DNA of 55,808 bases from Hydrolagus affinis (Eukaryota): contig JAAILG010002313.1 of NCBI GenBank assembly GCA_012026655.1, positions 1 to 55,808 of the forward strand, written 5' to 3'. The translations under genes and the position numbers were made by a program. A model generated the notes under the pieces. The model was not told the origin of the DNA. It saw only the letters and a list, made by a program, of their open reading frames with translations, and did not search any database. Below are positions 38,764 through 52,350 of the stretch, one piece after another. Every line of letters begins with the position of its first letter. Position 1 is the stretch's first letter.

Positions 38764-39199
38764 GGGGAAATGCAATTGCTGAAGCACGAGGTGTTCTTTG
38801 GAATTTGACAGTATTCAACTGTACTGTTTATTCAAACTATTTCTAAGACTCTGGTACACATCCAAGTTTAATGTCTATTTAATTTCTGATAATATTAATA
38901 ATAAAATATCCCATTTTGTTTGGTTATCTTTGGGTCATAGAGGAATTTCAGATTTCCTTTCCTATGAAGTTTTATCTGTATTTATCACAGAGATCAGCCT
39001 AATAATGATATACTGTAGTCTTAAAAAAGTGAGGTTGGGCTTAATTGAGTTCTCAGGATACAGTGTTGCAGATAATTAATTAATTGGGAAATATCAGGTT
39101 GCTGTAGCAGGGGGTGCTTTTTGGTGGTTGACAATATTCAACAGTGCTGCACATTCTAACTATAAGATACAGTATTGGTATACATCAAAGTTTAATGTG
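38764..39199 (+). repeat. Diverged local direct repeat, ~112-bp units at 38764-38875 and 39086-39199
   Basis: gggaaat..ttgctg.agca.g.ggtg...ttgaca.tattcaac.gt.ctg...tggta.acatc.aagtttaatgt is shared by both units. Confidence 0.8.
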
Positions 39200-39596
39200 C
39201 ATGTAACAGAAATATTGACATCTGTGCACTTTCTTTGCAAATTGAAATAATTCTGAACATATTTATCGGTTGTTCAAAAGAGCCTCACCTGGGGGGAATG
39301 TCGTAAATACGTTTAAAGTTTTGTCGTGATGATGCTCTATTCTGTTGATGTTTTCAGAAGCATTCTCTGCTTGATGTTGACACAAGTGAACAAGATGAGA
39401 TGTCATCAGTCACCAACCATATGTAAACCCAATGGTCGTGGTGTTGAAATACATTGTAGGTCTAGGTAATTATTTGGTCTCTAATTTAATTAGTTTTTAA
39501 TCCGTTTAGTTTCACAATTTGTTTTCAAATAAGGGTATATTGGTGCCAGGTTTATTAACAGCTGGTAGGTGTACTGTAATCCTTTTCATTGCCAGT

Positions 39597-39735
39597 CTAG
39601 GCAATTGGCTGCTATGTTTCACCCACAAGAAAAGAGACAGTCAATTCACTTTACGGTCTATTCTTTGAACTGCTTTGAGTCGTCTTGAAGACATGATAAG
39701 GCGCTATATCGTATGCAAGGATTCTTATTATTATC
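39597..39735 (+). mobile_element. SINE 3' half
   Basis: gcaattggctgctatgtttcacccac...cagtcaattcacttta...gcgctatatcgtatgcaaggattcttatt. Confidence 0.88.
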
Positions 39736-41075
39736 ATGGTAAAGGAGGATGAGCTTTGACCTGCACCTGACCTGTCCCATGTCAGAGTGGGGAATGTTGT
39801 CAGTCGTAGCAAAATTGAAAGGGAATGTTTCATTTCCCTGATGCTATTGCCTCTCACTTTGATGAGCAAGGATGCTCCAAATAAAGAATGGATTGGAGTG
39901 AATAGCAACTGTTAATTGTGAGTGCTGAAAAGTGATGAGGTCTTGTAAATTTAATCGGTGCTACTGCAAGCTGGTTTCCCAAAGGGGGCATTGGTTTTCT
40001 GTAATCTACACAGCTGTTTCTGTGCTCTGTGTATCAATGGATCTTTGCAGGATTGATGGGCAGGAAGGGTCGCTATATTAAATTAATGACTTGGGTGGAA
40101 GAACAGAGGCAGAAAAATCCATTTCCAGTCGTGGCCTCAATAACTGGTGACTGGGCATAACAAATGAGGTGTTTTCCATGTTTATTGCTCTTATTGAAGG
40201 TAATAGATAGGAAATATGAAACACATTAATAAAACTAATATTACTGTCTGGACAGTGAAAGGACGCAGAGACCTCCAGCTTCCCCCCACAATAGTGGCTC
40301 CAGCTAATATCTCTTGATTCAATTGGAGCTTTCCTGGAGGTTTTCTACCTCTGTGGTCATTTTTGTGGCATTGCTCTATGCGTGATTAGGTTAAGAAATG
40401 CCTTGTACTGCACTCAATTTAAAAATAGCGAGTACGATGGTTTTAAATAGAGGATCACAGTATTTGTGTGCCTCCCTCTCTGTTAATTTCTCTGATATTC
40501 CTTTCTTTATATTACATAGAGTATGTGTATTATATATATATTTCTTTTAGTACTCCTTAATACACAACCAGTTTCAACTAGGTGAGTGAATCATCCTTTC
40601 CATGCTGTTGTGTTCTTGTCAATAGATCTGTTAGGACATGCCAGAGCGGGAAGGGAAAGGTGGGACTGATTTTTCCAGGTCAACACTCAAATGAAACTAG
40701 ACTCAAACTATAGTTGAATTGAAGGTTCTAATACTCTACAGTAAATTAACTTGAATTTGTGTATTGAAGCACATAAATAGAACCTCAAATTTATATCACA
40801 ATTCTGGATTCAGTTTATCTTTTACTAATGTTGGTTGAATCAGTTCACAGTGGATGTGAGGCTACTGTGTTAAAGATTGGTGGGAAAAGTGAACATCTAT
40901 CAGATTCTAAGATAGACTCATTGGACAGAGCAGGGAACTGATGTCACAGATGAAGTGGTATATGTATATATGCGTCGTCAGAACCGCATCACTTGTAGCA
41001 ACCGAAGCTTTTGGCTGAGTCTGATACTTTCACCAGGCAGCAGTCATGTAATTGTTACATGTGATACTTTAGTGT

Positions 41076-41150
41076 CATAAGAACATAGGAATTTGTTAGG
41101 CGAAAGAAGACCAAGGTCTATCCAATTCGTCTTCCACCATCCTGGCATGC
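41076..41150 (-). mobile_element. CR1 extreme 3' end
   Basis: cataagaacataggaa is the reverse of the CR1-type (ttcytatg)n terminal repeat, followed by agaccaaggtctatccaattcg. Confidence 0.65.
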
Positions 41151-41199
41151 ACAAGCCATTTTTTCCCAAACTATACATCGTATCTTGTGTCAACTCTTG

Positions 41200-41322
41200 A
41201 ACAACAACAACAACAAAATTACACTTGTATAGCATCTTTCACGTCAGGAGCACGTCCAAGGTGCTGGATAGTCATTGTTTCAGACCCGAGCTGGGGACGA
41301 GGAGGGTGGAAGAAAAGGGGGG
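41200..41322 (-). mobile_element. L2 3' UTR and tail
   Basis: (aac)n, tail stem-loop, and gacccgagctggg matching 31612-31625 in reverse. Confidence 0.85.
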
Positions 41323-41871
41323 ATTCATCCAAGTGCACAGCTGTGTTGCACAGCTTAAATTTATACAATCCTTAGGCAGAATGTCTCTGCCATGGATTTA
41401 CACCTATTATTTTGCATTTAGTAAGCTATTGATCTCATCCACACTGACTGAGTTTAGAGTGGTGTATGTCAGACTGCTGAGGTCGATGCCCCAATGTGGC
41501 AATGATCACAAGCTTGAAGTGATAACTCGTCTCCATTTGCATCATCAGAGGATGTTGAGTGACCAGGAGTGAGGTTCACTAGCTTCCAAATGATACAATT
41601 GTGCAGTTTTGACACCAAAACAACATGTTGTAAGCTTCCATAATACAGATTGTTTAAAAAGAATATTTTATGTTGGTTTTGCATCTGGTTTACATTTGAG
41701 AAACTTTCCAAAACAGCTGCCTGAATGCTAGATTGGTCCCAAACTAAAATTCAGAGGCACTGAGATCGTCAGAAAGTGGGAGTGATAATCAGTACTATGG
41801 GTCTATGAAACTAATCTATGGGATAAAGATCCAGGACATTGAAATGGTTAATCGTCGTGAGCAAAGATAAT

Positions 41872-41934
41872 TGGACGTCCTCCCGACGTGAAAGGCGCTC
41901 TATAAATGTAATTTGTTGTTGTTGTTGTTGTTGT
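41872..41934 (+). mobile_element. Young L2 extreme 3' end (~60 bp)
   Basis: ggacgtcctcccgacgtgaaaggcgctctataaatgtaattt(gtt)n differs from the 31650-31709 copy by one substitution. Confidence 0.93.
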
Positions 41935-42299
41935 ACTTTATTTCTGAGGGAATGTCTGCCTTTTCTATTTGTCGTTTACACCAACAACTGGGAGCTGAAG
42001 AACTAGCTTTTAAGTATTGAAGTGTTTGCATTTAGATAGGAGTTGACATAATTGGCACAATGATAGCTGCACAGACCTTTCCAGCTAACGGACGCCTTGT
42101 ATGTGGTTGACCTCGGGAGGCGAGAGTGTTAGAATGATTAGCCACGGTGAGGAGAATTGAGTTGCCTCGGGACAGGGTTAATGGAAGGTTAACCTGCAGT
42201 AGGCCCGTGCTCCGTCGAGTCAAATTATGGGACCAGTGATGGCTGTGGATGCTGTCTTAGAAGCTGTGCACAACAACATATCACTGCTGTACATCCTCC

Positions 42300-42870
42300 G
42301 AGTTCTGTGCATCACCATATTTTGTTGAAGCCATTTTTAAACATACTTTCTCTTTGATTCCAAGACCTTATTTCCATGGCCTTAAGTGTCGTATTTTCTA
42401 ATGAGTTCCATGAGCTTCCAATCCCATGGCCTCAAGGGTGCCCCGGCATTCAGCACCATGCAACTTCTGAGGAACGCATGCTGATCCCACAAGCTGGAAG
42501 AGCCACACCATGGCTTGTGCGATCAGCATGCATTGCTCAGGAACTACACAGGAACTACAGTGCTGTGCGCCAGTGGCCCAATAAGACCATGGGTACTTCA
42601 CTAGATGGCCTTGCATGATGTTTTCCTGGACTGTCCGTTGCTTCTTATGGGAGATTGGAATAAGTCATACCCAGAACTTCAGAGGAGGTGCAAATCTCTT
42701 TGAAAATCTCTGATTCTATTCCATGGTTTGGCAATTATATGGCATCGGAGTGGAGTACAGAGTAGAACAGTAATCAATCATTGCTTGTGAATGTCTTGTC
42801 ATGTCCTATATTCTTGAATTGTGTGCATCAGTATCGCTGGGAAACTTCAGACCACTGGCCAGTCATCTCC
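42300..42870 (+). mobile_element. Possible decayed L1/Tx1-clade ORF2 C-terminal region
   Basis: catgatgttttcctggactgtccg...tgg = HDVFLDCP..W, similar to the zf-RVT H.F..CP....W motif; higher GC; frames broken. Confidence 0.3.
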
Positions 42871-44053
42871 TGTGTCAATAGGGCAGCCTTTGAAATTCTA
42901 TGGTGAGTGCTGACTCTGAGCCACAGGGTTGGAGTGATCAGTCTACCTTGTGCTACAAGTGTTTATGCCAAAGTACTCCATGCCACGTGAAGGATATCGC
43001 TGACCATAAAGCCTGGGACTGAGTCTGTGCAATGATTGACAAAGGGATTTCGACAACTGAGGATGTATGAGAATGCATCCATACTGTATGCATGTATTTG
43101 TGTGCATGTGTGTATATATACAAATTATGATGCTGTTTGATGTAGGAGAGCCTTGCCACTCCAAGGTTTGCATTACATCATATTTATAAGCCAAATTGAA
43201 AATTCTGCAAGAGTGCAAGGCACCACAAGCAGGTTCAGGCAGATTCCAAACAAAAATATAAAGATTAAAGCTAGATTTGGTTTACAAATGCTGACAGCTC
43301 CTTTCAATTTTATTTGGAGCTACAGTTTTTAATTCATTCAGTGAAGCATAAACAAAATATATTATTTGGGTGCTGGGAATGTCACTAATTTTTAACTTGG
43401 CTCTCGCTTAAGAGATTTGTCAATGTACAAACTCCAGCTCATGTAACCCATATTTAATTATACAAACAACATTCTGAATTTTCATGCCATGCATGTGGTG
43501 CAGAGAACATTGTAAGGGCGGAGTGAAATATGATACGTTTCCATTCTGTGCAGCATTAATAATTCCCCTGAGGCATCAGCAAATTTATTAAGCCAAACCA
43601 CTAATGAAAATCCTTCCAGTTTTAACCTCTCGTCATCTCCCAGCATATATATATATGTAATGTTCATGTATGCTAGTGTTTTTTTTGCTTCATAAAAGAG
43701 ATAAGCAGAATGCTTCAACATGATTTTAAACATGCACTTAGAGCCTGTGGAAACTAAGTTCAGTTTGTCACTAAAACTGACTTCTGTTAGGGATTGACCT
43801 TTCACTACTGCTGATTGATCTTAGAATTGACATATCCAGGATATTGGCTGTGATGGTGATGCAGTATTGGATGCATTTCACAAGTGTAGCTACTTAGCAA
43901 ATGCTTCATTCACTTGTCTTAGATCATGATCAACTCTCCAGCCATCAAAGTCCGTTCATTGCTGGATTGCAGAGTAGCTTCTTGGAGGAAGAAAGCTTTA
44001 TTTAGCCCACTGGGAACTAGGTTGAGATGGTTGCAATCCCTTTTTCTACTGAT

Positions 44054-44084
44054 GGGTGTCTGACATGTGTGGAAACCCATTACC
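44054..44084. repeat. Short end fragment of the structured repeat, copy C
   Basis: gggtgtctgacatgtgtggaaacccattacc versus gggtgtctgacacctgcggaaacccatta at 51977. Confidence 0.75.
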
Positions 44085-44354
44085 AGAAAAGAGGATAAAA
44101 AAATAAGGTACAGTTAACAATGGGGGAAATAATACATCTAATTTGATACGATTTAAAAAAAACATAAGGTGAAATTAAGTAGTATTTTAAAAGTTGTTTA
44201 ACCTTACTTTAATTTTTATTTGAATCATTTAGGTTTGATAGGTGAGTAGCTATATTACTATTATATGTGTTGGGTTCAGCATCACTGTGTGTGAACTGAA
44301 AATGAGCACACACAGGCTTTTTTTTTAAGATTCTTGAGCTGAATCAGTCCATTA

Positions 44355-44420
44355 ACAATACAATACGATTCATAAATTTATATAGTGTCTTTCATGTTGG
44401 CAGGACATCCGAAAGTGCTA
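44355..44420 (-). mobile_element. L2-type tail remnant
   Basis: atttatatagtgtctttcatgttggcaggacatccgaaagtgct. Confidence 0.55.
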
Positions 44421-45039
44421 GTGCTGGTCTGTAGATATAGTGTTTGTGTTCAGGTAAGACGGATGAGCAAAATATTTCATTCTCCAGTCTCTCAGCAGAT
44501 CTGATGAGAACGGCAGGTGAGTTGCCAAGGTTGGCTGTTTTCAGTAGGTGTTGATATCCTCAATTAATTCTCTAGCCCTGTCTGTCATTCCCACTCCCCT
44601 ATACCCTCTCAAGTAAATTTATTTCCTCTTTGTCTTAAAAATGCACCTGTTCTCTGCTGAGCAGGAAGTTTCCTGGCACCAGGTAACATAGAGGCAATCT
44701 GGAGTGTGACTTATGTTCCATTGCTGCTGCTTTTGCTGCTTAAATCAAGATTTATAGGTCAGCTCGCAAAACCCTTGACTGACTGTTATGAGGAACCATG
44801 TTACTGAAGTACTGAATCATCCCAAAGCACAAATATAAACAACAGTTTACTGAATCCTGAAATCACTCCTTGTAACAGGTAATTCTCTATGCTGCTAGCA
44901 CAAGCTGATGTGTTCGATAAACTTCCTTAAAGTTACTCTACTTTTTACAGAAATTCATATGCTCAAAAATATTCATAAGTAGTACATATTCTCATAAAAC
45001 TTTCGTTAATCAAAGACCAAACCTTTGGAATGACTAAGA

Positions 45040-45148
45040 CAGCATGATAAGAGGGCAAAGGGACACTGGTTCAGGGTTGTGAAGGGTAATTTTTTAGCAG
45101 AGGCTGGTTTGATGAGTTGAATGGCCTCCTCCCATTCCTATGTTCTTA
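45040..45148 (+). mobile_element. CR1 3' end with internal deletion
   Basis: gggacactggttcagggttgtgaagggtaa ~ GH.F.L.KG, then gttgaatggcctcctcccattcctatgttctta. Confidence 0.65.
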
Positions 45149-46069
45149 AATAACTGGACATCCAACTGTGGGAATATAAGAATTCACATATAAATCATGC
45201 ATAAAGATACAGATCTATACAAAATGCACAACAAATGCTGAAATTATACCAATTTTGCTGCCTGGTGAATGGGTGGTAAATCGCTTTGGGTTCTGCTCAT
45301 TCACAGTCCAAAGATGACTCTTGCGTGGTCTAATGGACAAATGTCAGTAAAGTTTGTAATATCATTAAATAAGCAGTCACACGCTCAGCCCCTTAACAAC
45401 ATAAAAAAACCTAACCACTAATTCTTTCTCAAATGGTATAATTGTTTCACAGGATAAGGTGCACCTGCGTTCCACAGAACATCTTAAGGAGAATATTTGA
45501 AACCCGTAGCATCAGTTATCATCAGCACTCATATCTTGAAACCAACCTTGTCATTCTTATCCTGGATTCAAGCACAAGATTGGTCCGCTGCTCTCTGAGA
45601 GGTACTGCGTTCCATCAAGCTACGCTGTTTCTTAATTGGCTTGTCTGTGTTTTATTCTTGCGTTATTTATTGGGATTTGGCTAAACCAGCTGGTGATTTT
45701 TATGAGGATCTGTTTCAATTAACAGGCGCTAATTCCCAGAGGTGCCATACAAGACCATGAGGAATGGCTGTGCATTCACAGGGAATTGATGGAGGAACTT
45801 CAGGATGTTAAAATACAGAAGAGATTGAAACGATAGTATATTTTAGAGGATAATTATTTTACTTAGTATCACCGAGGGATTATGATACAGGTTTCTGTGG
45901 GTTTCAGTTTTAGACATTGTAAAATTCAGATATTTACAAAGCCAATATATAGAGCAAATGCTTCCGGCCAATGTGAGGATTCTCATGTGACTCGATGGTA
46001 ACATGGATATTTCCATTTCCTCTCCTTTACTCCTATCACATTGTCTCATCTGATACCTGAACTAAGACT

Positions 46070-46175
46070 ACTTTTTTTTTTGCAGCTTCATCACATCTCC
46101 AGCTTCATCCCTGACTCATGCCAATGCTGCTGAAACCCTCATTTGTGCTTCAGCTCCACCACCGACAAGCTCTAT
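46070..46175 (+). mobile_element. Decayed L2 ORF2 fragment
   Basis: gctgctgaaaccctcatttgtgct = AAETLICA, similar to the L2 AETLIHAF motif. Confidence 0.55.
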
Positions 46176-46868
46176 AATCTTTTTCATGCAAAGAGCGGTA
46201 TAAAAGTATTAGTTGTAGTTAGCTTGACTTTGACCTCTGCAGGTTTGGAAAGATGCATTCATTGTCTTTTCATACAACATTTGGATATAACATGATTGTG
46301 AAGTAAAAAGGCTCACAAATTTGTCTGTGAAGTGGAGTAAAAATAAAATAGTATATTTTGAAAAAAAGCAAATCATATGAGATTGGGTCCCAATGGAGAA
46401 GGATATTATTCAGATAGATAAATAATACACCATCTGTCTATCTGTGTGGAACAGTGAAATCCATGTGCAGATCAAGCAAAAATGATTTCAGGTTCACATT
46501 ATTCCAGTAATGGCAGCGCTGTCTGAGGAACATGCATCTTAAGCAGCATCCACAGTCCACTTTGCTCCTGGAGTGCATTCAGGATGAGGAATGTGAATTG
46601 GTTCAGGGAACAGATGTTCTCCCAAAATGAATGGTCCCTTTGTCTTGGAATCCTTTGAAATGCTTTTATATATTACAATGAAATTCAACTCTACTTGTGC
46701 ATGAAACCAAATTGCTGGTTGTACTGGAAAAATCATAGATGTAATGTTTGGCATGAACAGAACTGACATAATCTGTTGCATGTCCAATATAACATGGATT
46801 TGAATCATTTCCCGTGGTTTCCTCTCCCTTCAAGTTCTGCTCTCAGTTATGGTGCTCTTGTCAGATGA

Positions 46869-46968
46869 NNNNNNNNNNNNNNNNNNNNNNNNNNNNNNNN
46901 NNNNNNNNNNNNNNNNNNNNNNNNNNNNNNNNNNNNNNNNNNNNNNNNNNNNNNNNNNNNNNNNNNNN
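46869..46968. other. Assembly gap (100 N)
   Basis: Run of 100 N, probably a placeholder of unknown true size. Confidence 0.99.
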
Positions 46969-49592
46969 CCAGAGTGAAAACAGGGAGGAAATGATAAAAT
47001 CCTTTACAAAGTGGAAAAGGTTAACAATGGCCATGATCTGTACAAATTAAAATATGTGACACTGTTGTTGCCCAATGGACAAACACGCTGACATTTGTTG
47101 AGATAGGTTGTATCCCTCCAATGTCACCCAGCACTATAACTCAATCATCACTTATTCTGTTTTAATACCATAAGTGTTATCTGGGAAACTGTCATTATAC
47201 TTTTCACAAGCCTGTGCTCTTGTCATTGGAACCTAAATGTATAAAAGGTTGTATGAAATATGGGGTATGCATAGAAATGGCTACGGCTAGTTATGAAGTG
47301 TAATGAATATCATCACTTGCAAGGTTGGCCATGATTTCCTTGTGATTTGGTCCCTAGTGAGTTATCTGGTTGGTCTCACTTGAAGAGTAGCATATCATTT
47401 CTCATTGCTCACATAGCCTTGGTTTAGTGTGATTATTTATAGTGTTATGACATGTCTTGTAACCAGAGGAGAAAAAGTAACTTGAGAAGCGATGCATTAA
47501 AGCCATGCAGTGACACTGCAGGTTGAATTATTTTGTTTCACTTTCTCACCACCTGACTTGCAAGGCACCATTTACAACAAAATGGAGAAGTGTAAAGATA
47601 ATTTAGATGAATATGGAGGTCACTGTGTGCAACAAATGGAAACAATATAATTTAACAAGCGGACTGATTGCACAAGTGGCAACATTGCCAGAGCATTGTG
47701 AGGTTGGGTAGCTCATTTGCAAAATAGCCACATTTTTGTTATGTTCAAATTCATGATTTTGAAAAAGTTAAAAAAGAATATGATTTCATAGTTTTATGTC
47801 AGGACATGTGTCTGTTATAGGACAATATGTGATAGATGGTAGGACAGACTTTTTAAATTTGTTTCACTAACACAGTGATCCATTACTCTGTGTGGCTGTG
47901 CGGGTGGGTGGGGTGTGGATGGAGGGACCATGAATGTAGAGACAATGTACCCTGTGTGACATACTGTACTGCACTAGAGTGGGTCACTGGGACAATTAGC
48001 ACATCTGTTTAAATTGGTCTTGCAATTACACACTCTTGTGAGAGATTACAGTTTACGAAAGGGGACCCTCTTTTTGTCTACATGGCTCTAAATTGGTACT
48101 TTGTTAACTGAACCAATTGATGAGGTTTGACTTTTCAGATGTATTGATAGTTTGCTGGAGGAGGGTGGATGCTGGAAGAAGAGTTGGTCCTCTTCAGTAT
48201 TCATTTTCTTTAATTGATTTTTTTATTGCTACAGCGCTTCCTTTCAAATGTCCGGTGATTTGACTGCTCTCTCATAAATCACAAAGAGTCTCACAACCTG
48301 TCTAAAGAAACTGAACATAACAACATTATTTCTTGCTCTTATAAGCGTTTTTTTTAAAAAATGCAAAAATGCTTAGTTTTACAGTGGTAGGCAGTTTTTA
48401 TTAGGTGTTTTAAATTAAAAGTAATTTTCTGTCTGACAGACGTCTCTCAGCCCATTTTGTCACATTAATCTCAAAGCTCTATATAATTGTATCTTGTATT
48501 AACTGCTCCCTTTCTTACCTTTGCGAATGGATACCTGGTAGCTGTCCATTAAAATTGTGTTGATCTACAACTCATTTATCATAAACTGTTGGTTTAACTA
48601 AGTTGGTTAACATTTCACATTCCTTTTGTCCTGAACTGTCCAATTATTCTAACTAGAAGTGATTCTAACTAGTCTGTGGGAGTGAGTGACTGTAATAATC
48701 CCCAAAAAGCAGATGCTCAACAGGTAAAATTGATTATATGTACAATTAACAGCAACATCCTGCATTCACATCAATTCTGTATGCAGTGGAGTAAGTCTGA
48801 TAAGAGAAGAGTTTGTGCAAATATTGGCCTTAGTTGTGGTGGACTGATGAAAGCCAGGCACCTTTTGTCAAGAGAGAAGAAAATCGGAGGACACTTACTT
48901 TCAAGCTTCTCGTACACATCTCATGGTGACTGTCTGTAGGGCAGCATTGGCAGCAGCAAGGTAATGTCTGATTGGGACAGTCTGTTGTGGGGGTAGACCA
49001 AAGAGAAAAGATTGTCACCCTCTCACAAGGAAGGGAAGAATCACTTTAAACACTGACTGTTTAAGAAATGTCCATCCTGGACCATTCGGTTATCTTTTGA
49101 CACTCTACTGTGTGACAGCCTCATTCTGTTCGGTCCTGTCATGCACATCAGTCACTTATCACCCCTGGAAAATTGCTTGTGCTTTCAACGTACCCTCACA
49201 ATTCTTCCTGCTGTGACTGTTTTACATTAAAGGCATTAATCCTGAGACTGGCAGCAGCTCCAGGGAATACTAGCCATTTTTCTAGGCTTTCAGTCCACAC
49301 ATTGTGACATTGAAACAAACGCTAATATTTACAGTAATAAAACAACTCGTATGTCATTATTTATCATGGCAATAACTAAATGTAAATATCTGCATGATTA
49401 ATGCACAGAAACCTCTTTTTCTAACTCTCTGTTTACTTTAATCTTCATTACTGATAAGTAAATCCTATGTAATCTTTTTTTCTTAGAAATCTAGCAATTG
49501 TTTTTACTATGTTTTCCCTCTGATTGGTGGTATTCATTCTCATGTGTGACCTTTGCCAATGCGTATCAGTGCCTATTTAACCACAAAGGGTA

Positions 49593-49856
49593 AATAATAA
49601 TCATAATGATGATGATCAGTTTTGCATTTGATATGATGCCATTCATTTTTGGAAGGACATCTCAAAGTGCTTCACAAAATTTACTGCAGTGTATATTTTG
49701 AAGACAAACAGAGTAGCCAATATGCATATAGAAAGGTCCCACAAACAGCCATGAAACGAATGACTGGTGATGGTGAATTGTTGGCCAGCAAATAGGGAGA
49801 AAGTCCTTTCAATTTTTTGAACAGTGCCAAGGTATCGTTCATATCCAGCTGAACAT
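49593..49856 (-). mobile_element. Older DeuSINE copy (Deu domain and tail)
   Basis: Tail ttgcatttgatatg...gacatctcaaagtgcttcaca; Deu block gccaatatgc...cccacaaacagc; ttggccag...gggagaaa...agtgccaagg...tccagctgaaca. Confidence 0.75.
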
Positions 49857-50437
49857 GATGTCACTCTTCACCGAATTAAAGGGGTTTTGTCTGTACAAAT
49901 AATTTCACATTTGCTCAAGAGCTCTGGGATTCAAAGGTAAGGATCTTCTTATTGAGGGCTGAGAGCTCAGCTCTTGATCATGGCTGTATCTAATTAGTTG
50001 CCACCTACTTTTTCAGCACTTGGTGTGATTTGTGTTTGTGTTTAAACAATAGGCGGTGTTATTAGGGGTCTATTGACTCGGAAGAGTTGGTAAACTATTT
50101 GCATTCAAATGTGATTGAAGCTGAAAGTGCGCTGGGCTACCAACTGCATACCAACTAACAGTCAGGTTAGTCCACAACTCACTATTGACGTAACATTTTG
50201 TTAAGAATATTCCTGCTTAGAAAAATTATTTGTAAATTTGTAGTTTGAACACAGGTGGAGTGCAAGGCGTGATCTGATTATTGTCCCTGGGATGCTGTAC
50301 CTTTAAGATCTATGAGGGACTTGATGTAATATAAATGACTTATGTACGTAGTTTATTTTATTATTTTTGGGGGCGTCCAAAGATAAAGGCCAAGTACAGG
50401 GGCCCTCCCTCCCACCCGATTTTAGAATGTGTAATTC

Positions 50438-50778
50438 TAATAATAATAGTGGTCCTTGCATTTGATATAGCCTTATCATCTCGTTGAGACATTGCAAAGC
50501 GCTTCACAGAATATACTATAAAGTGAATTGACGGCTTATCCTGTGGGCGAAACCCAGCAGTCAATTGCACGCAGCAGTGTCCCACGAAGAGTCGTGGATT
50601 GAGTGACCACATTTTTTTTTGAAAGGATTATCAAAAGCGATCACCAATTGATTAACAACTAGGTACATACTTACTGCTAGGTAAACAGAGGCATGTGGAA
50701 TAAGGAAACATACCTAAGGTATTTAGGAATCGAAGGTTCACGGCGCGCTCTTCATCCAATATATCGCAAAACTCCATG
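50438..50778 (-). mobile_element. SINE, long variant, head degraded
   Basis: Tail, Deu-like block and extra segment actaggtacatacttactgctaggtaaacagaggcatgtgga are all present. Confidence 0.9.
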
Positions 50779-51971
50779 TACTATATTAACAGATGATTAA
50801 ACAGGGAGTAGAGGGTGCTGAAAATGATTTGTGCAGATACTGCACATGGCCCCCAAGTAATCGAGGAGTGGATGGGCTGTATGTTTCTTTTCCTTCATTC
50901 ACACCTCCTTATATCCATTTATATTGTTCCCAAGTACAGGCATTCCGAAAAAGGAGAGGTGTTTTTACTACTGCCACCAGATGTAAATCAGATTTGTCCT
51001 AATGGTTGCAAATGCCTGCTTTCGGTAATGGTCTGCATGGGAAATGCCTTGACTGCTGTTATGTGGGGTGTGAGGTTGTAAGCCAGTATTCCAGGACATA
51101 ATTGTGCTGGAATTGTACCCTCTCCCACTTGGATTTTGTGGCTGTCTGGTGATAACTTGGCAGCTCCAACGTGCTGCACTGTGTAATGTTAAAACAACAC
51201 AAGAATTGCTGCACTTGACCGCATGGTGAATTCCCATTTCTGTCACAGAGAGCCATTGAGTGAAAGCAGACGCTTCCACACAGAGAGGAAAAGTAGATTA
51301 AGTCATCTCCTCCCTCCTAGTGGCGGATGGAAAAATTAACATTCACAAGCAGCCTGGGGGAAGCAGGTGGGTAGAGGAGGAGGGCATAAAGAATAGGAAG
51401 GAGGAGATCATTCTGAATCTTTGGTAGGATTAGAATCTCACAGCTTGCAGAAATGTTTGGAGCTAAATCAAAGTATCGCCTGTGGTCTGTGCTATGCTTC
51501 TTAAATGGATAAATGATCAGGGGTTTAGGTCTGAGGAAAGTCAATCAAAGCTAAATGGCATAGAAAGAAGAGGTTAAAGTCTCCCCAAACAGCTGGTCTT
51601 TTTTTCCCTCTTATCATGTATTGCCTTTTATGAAATTATGAACCCCATCTTTGTATCTACTCATGGTGGCTGTAAGAAAATGGGTTTCATTGTAAATTCC
51701 ATGTAATTGCATCTTGTGAAATATGAGTATTTTTGTACAGCAATACACCATCTCCAGGGAGTTGGCAATGTGTTTGATTTCTCAAAGATATTATTACTGT
51801 ATTACAGACCACAATTCTATTACGTGTCCTCAGAATCCGATCTTCAGCACTGATTTAGATCAACTTCAAGGTTACGTTGGAAAACAAAAGGGTTGATCAA
51901 TTCATGTAAAGTCATTCAGCTCTGGCAATAAAACATTATCATTACTAGCAATTAATTAATTTATTTATGGT

Positions 51972-52350
51972 TAGCCGGGTGTCTGACACCTGCGGAAACC
52001 CATTACTGTACCATGCTTAAGAATATCCAAACCAAGCTGAGATTTGCATGCATTCCACCAACACAGGGAAATTCCAGAAATAGGTTGTTGGAGTGGAACG
52101 CACACTCTCTCCCTGGAGGGATGCAGCCTGCTTACCTAATTATGGAACATATTAGGTGCAGGTTGGCAAGAGCCAAGGCTGGGAGACCCCTGAGTGTACA
52201 TTGGGGGCATTGCCGGAATCAAACTAGCTAAAACCGCATAGCTTGCCATTGCCATTGATATTGCTGTATGGAAAGCTTTCCCATTGCTTGTTCAGCTTGT
52301 ACCACCTACCCATTAGGACTTTGGCTTGCAGCATTAACAGGAGCTGAGTG
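51972..52350. repeat. Unidentified dispersed structured repeat, copy B
   Basis: Collinear with 21433-21800 in the same orientation; multiple internal inverted repeats. Confidence 0.9.

Noticed and set aside
40995-41042. Penelope-type minimal hammerhead on the minus strand (cctggtga...ccaaaagctt)
   Set aside because: Both core boxes are mutated and stems I and II do not pair convincingly
46814-47050. ORF spanning the N run
   Set aside because: Artefact of the assembly gap
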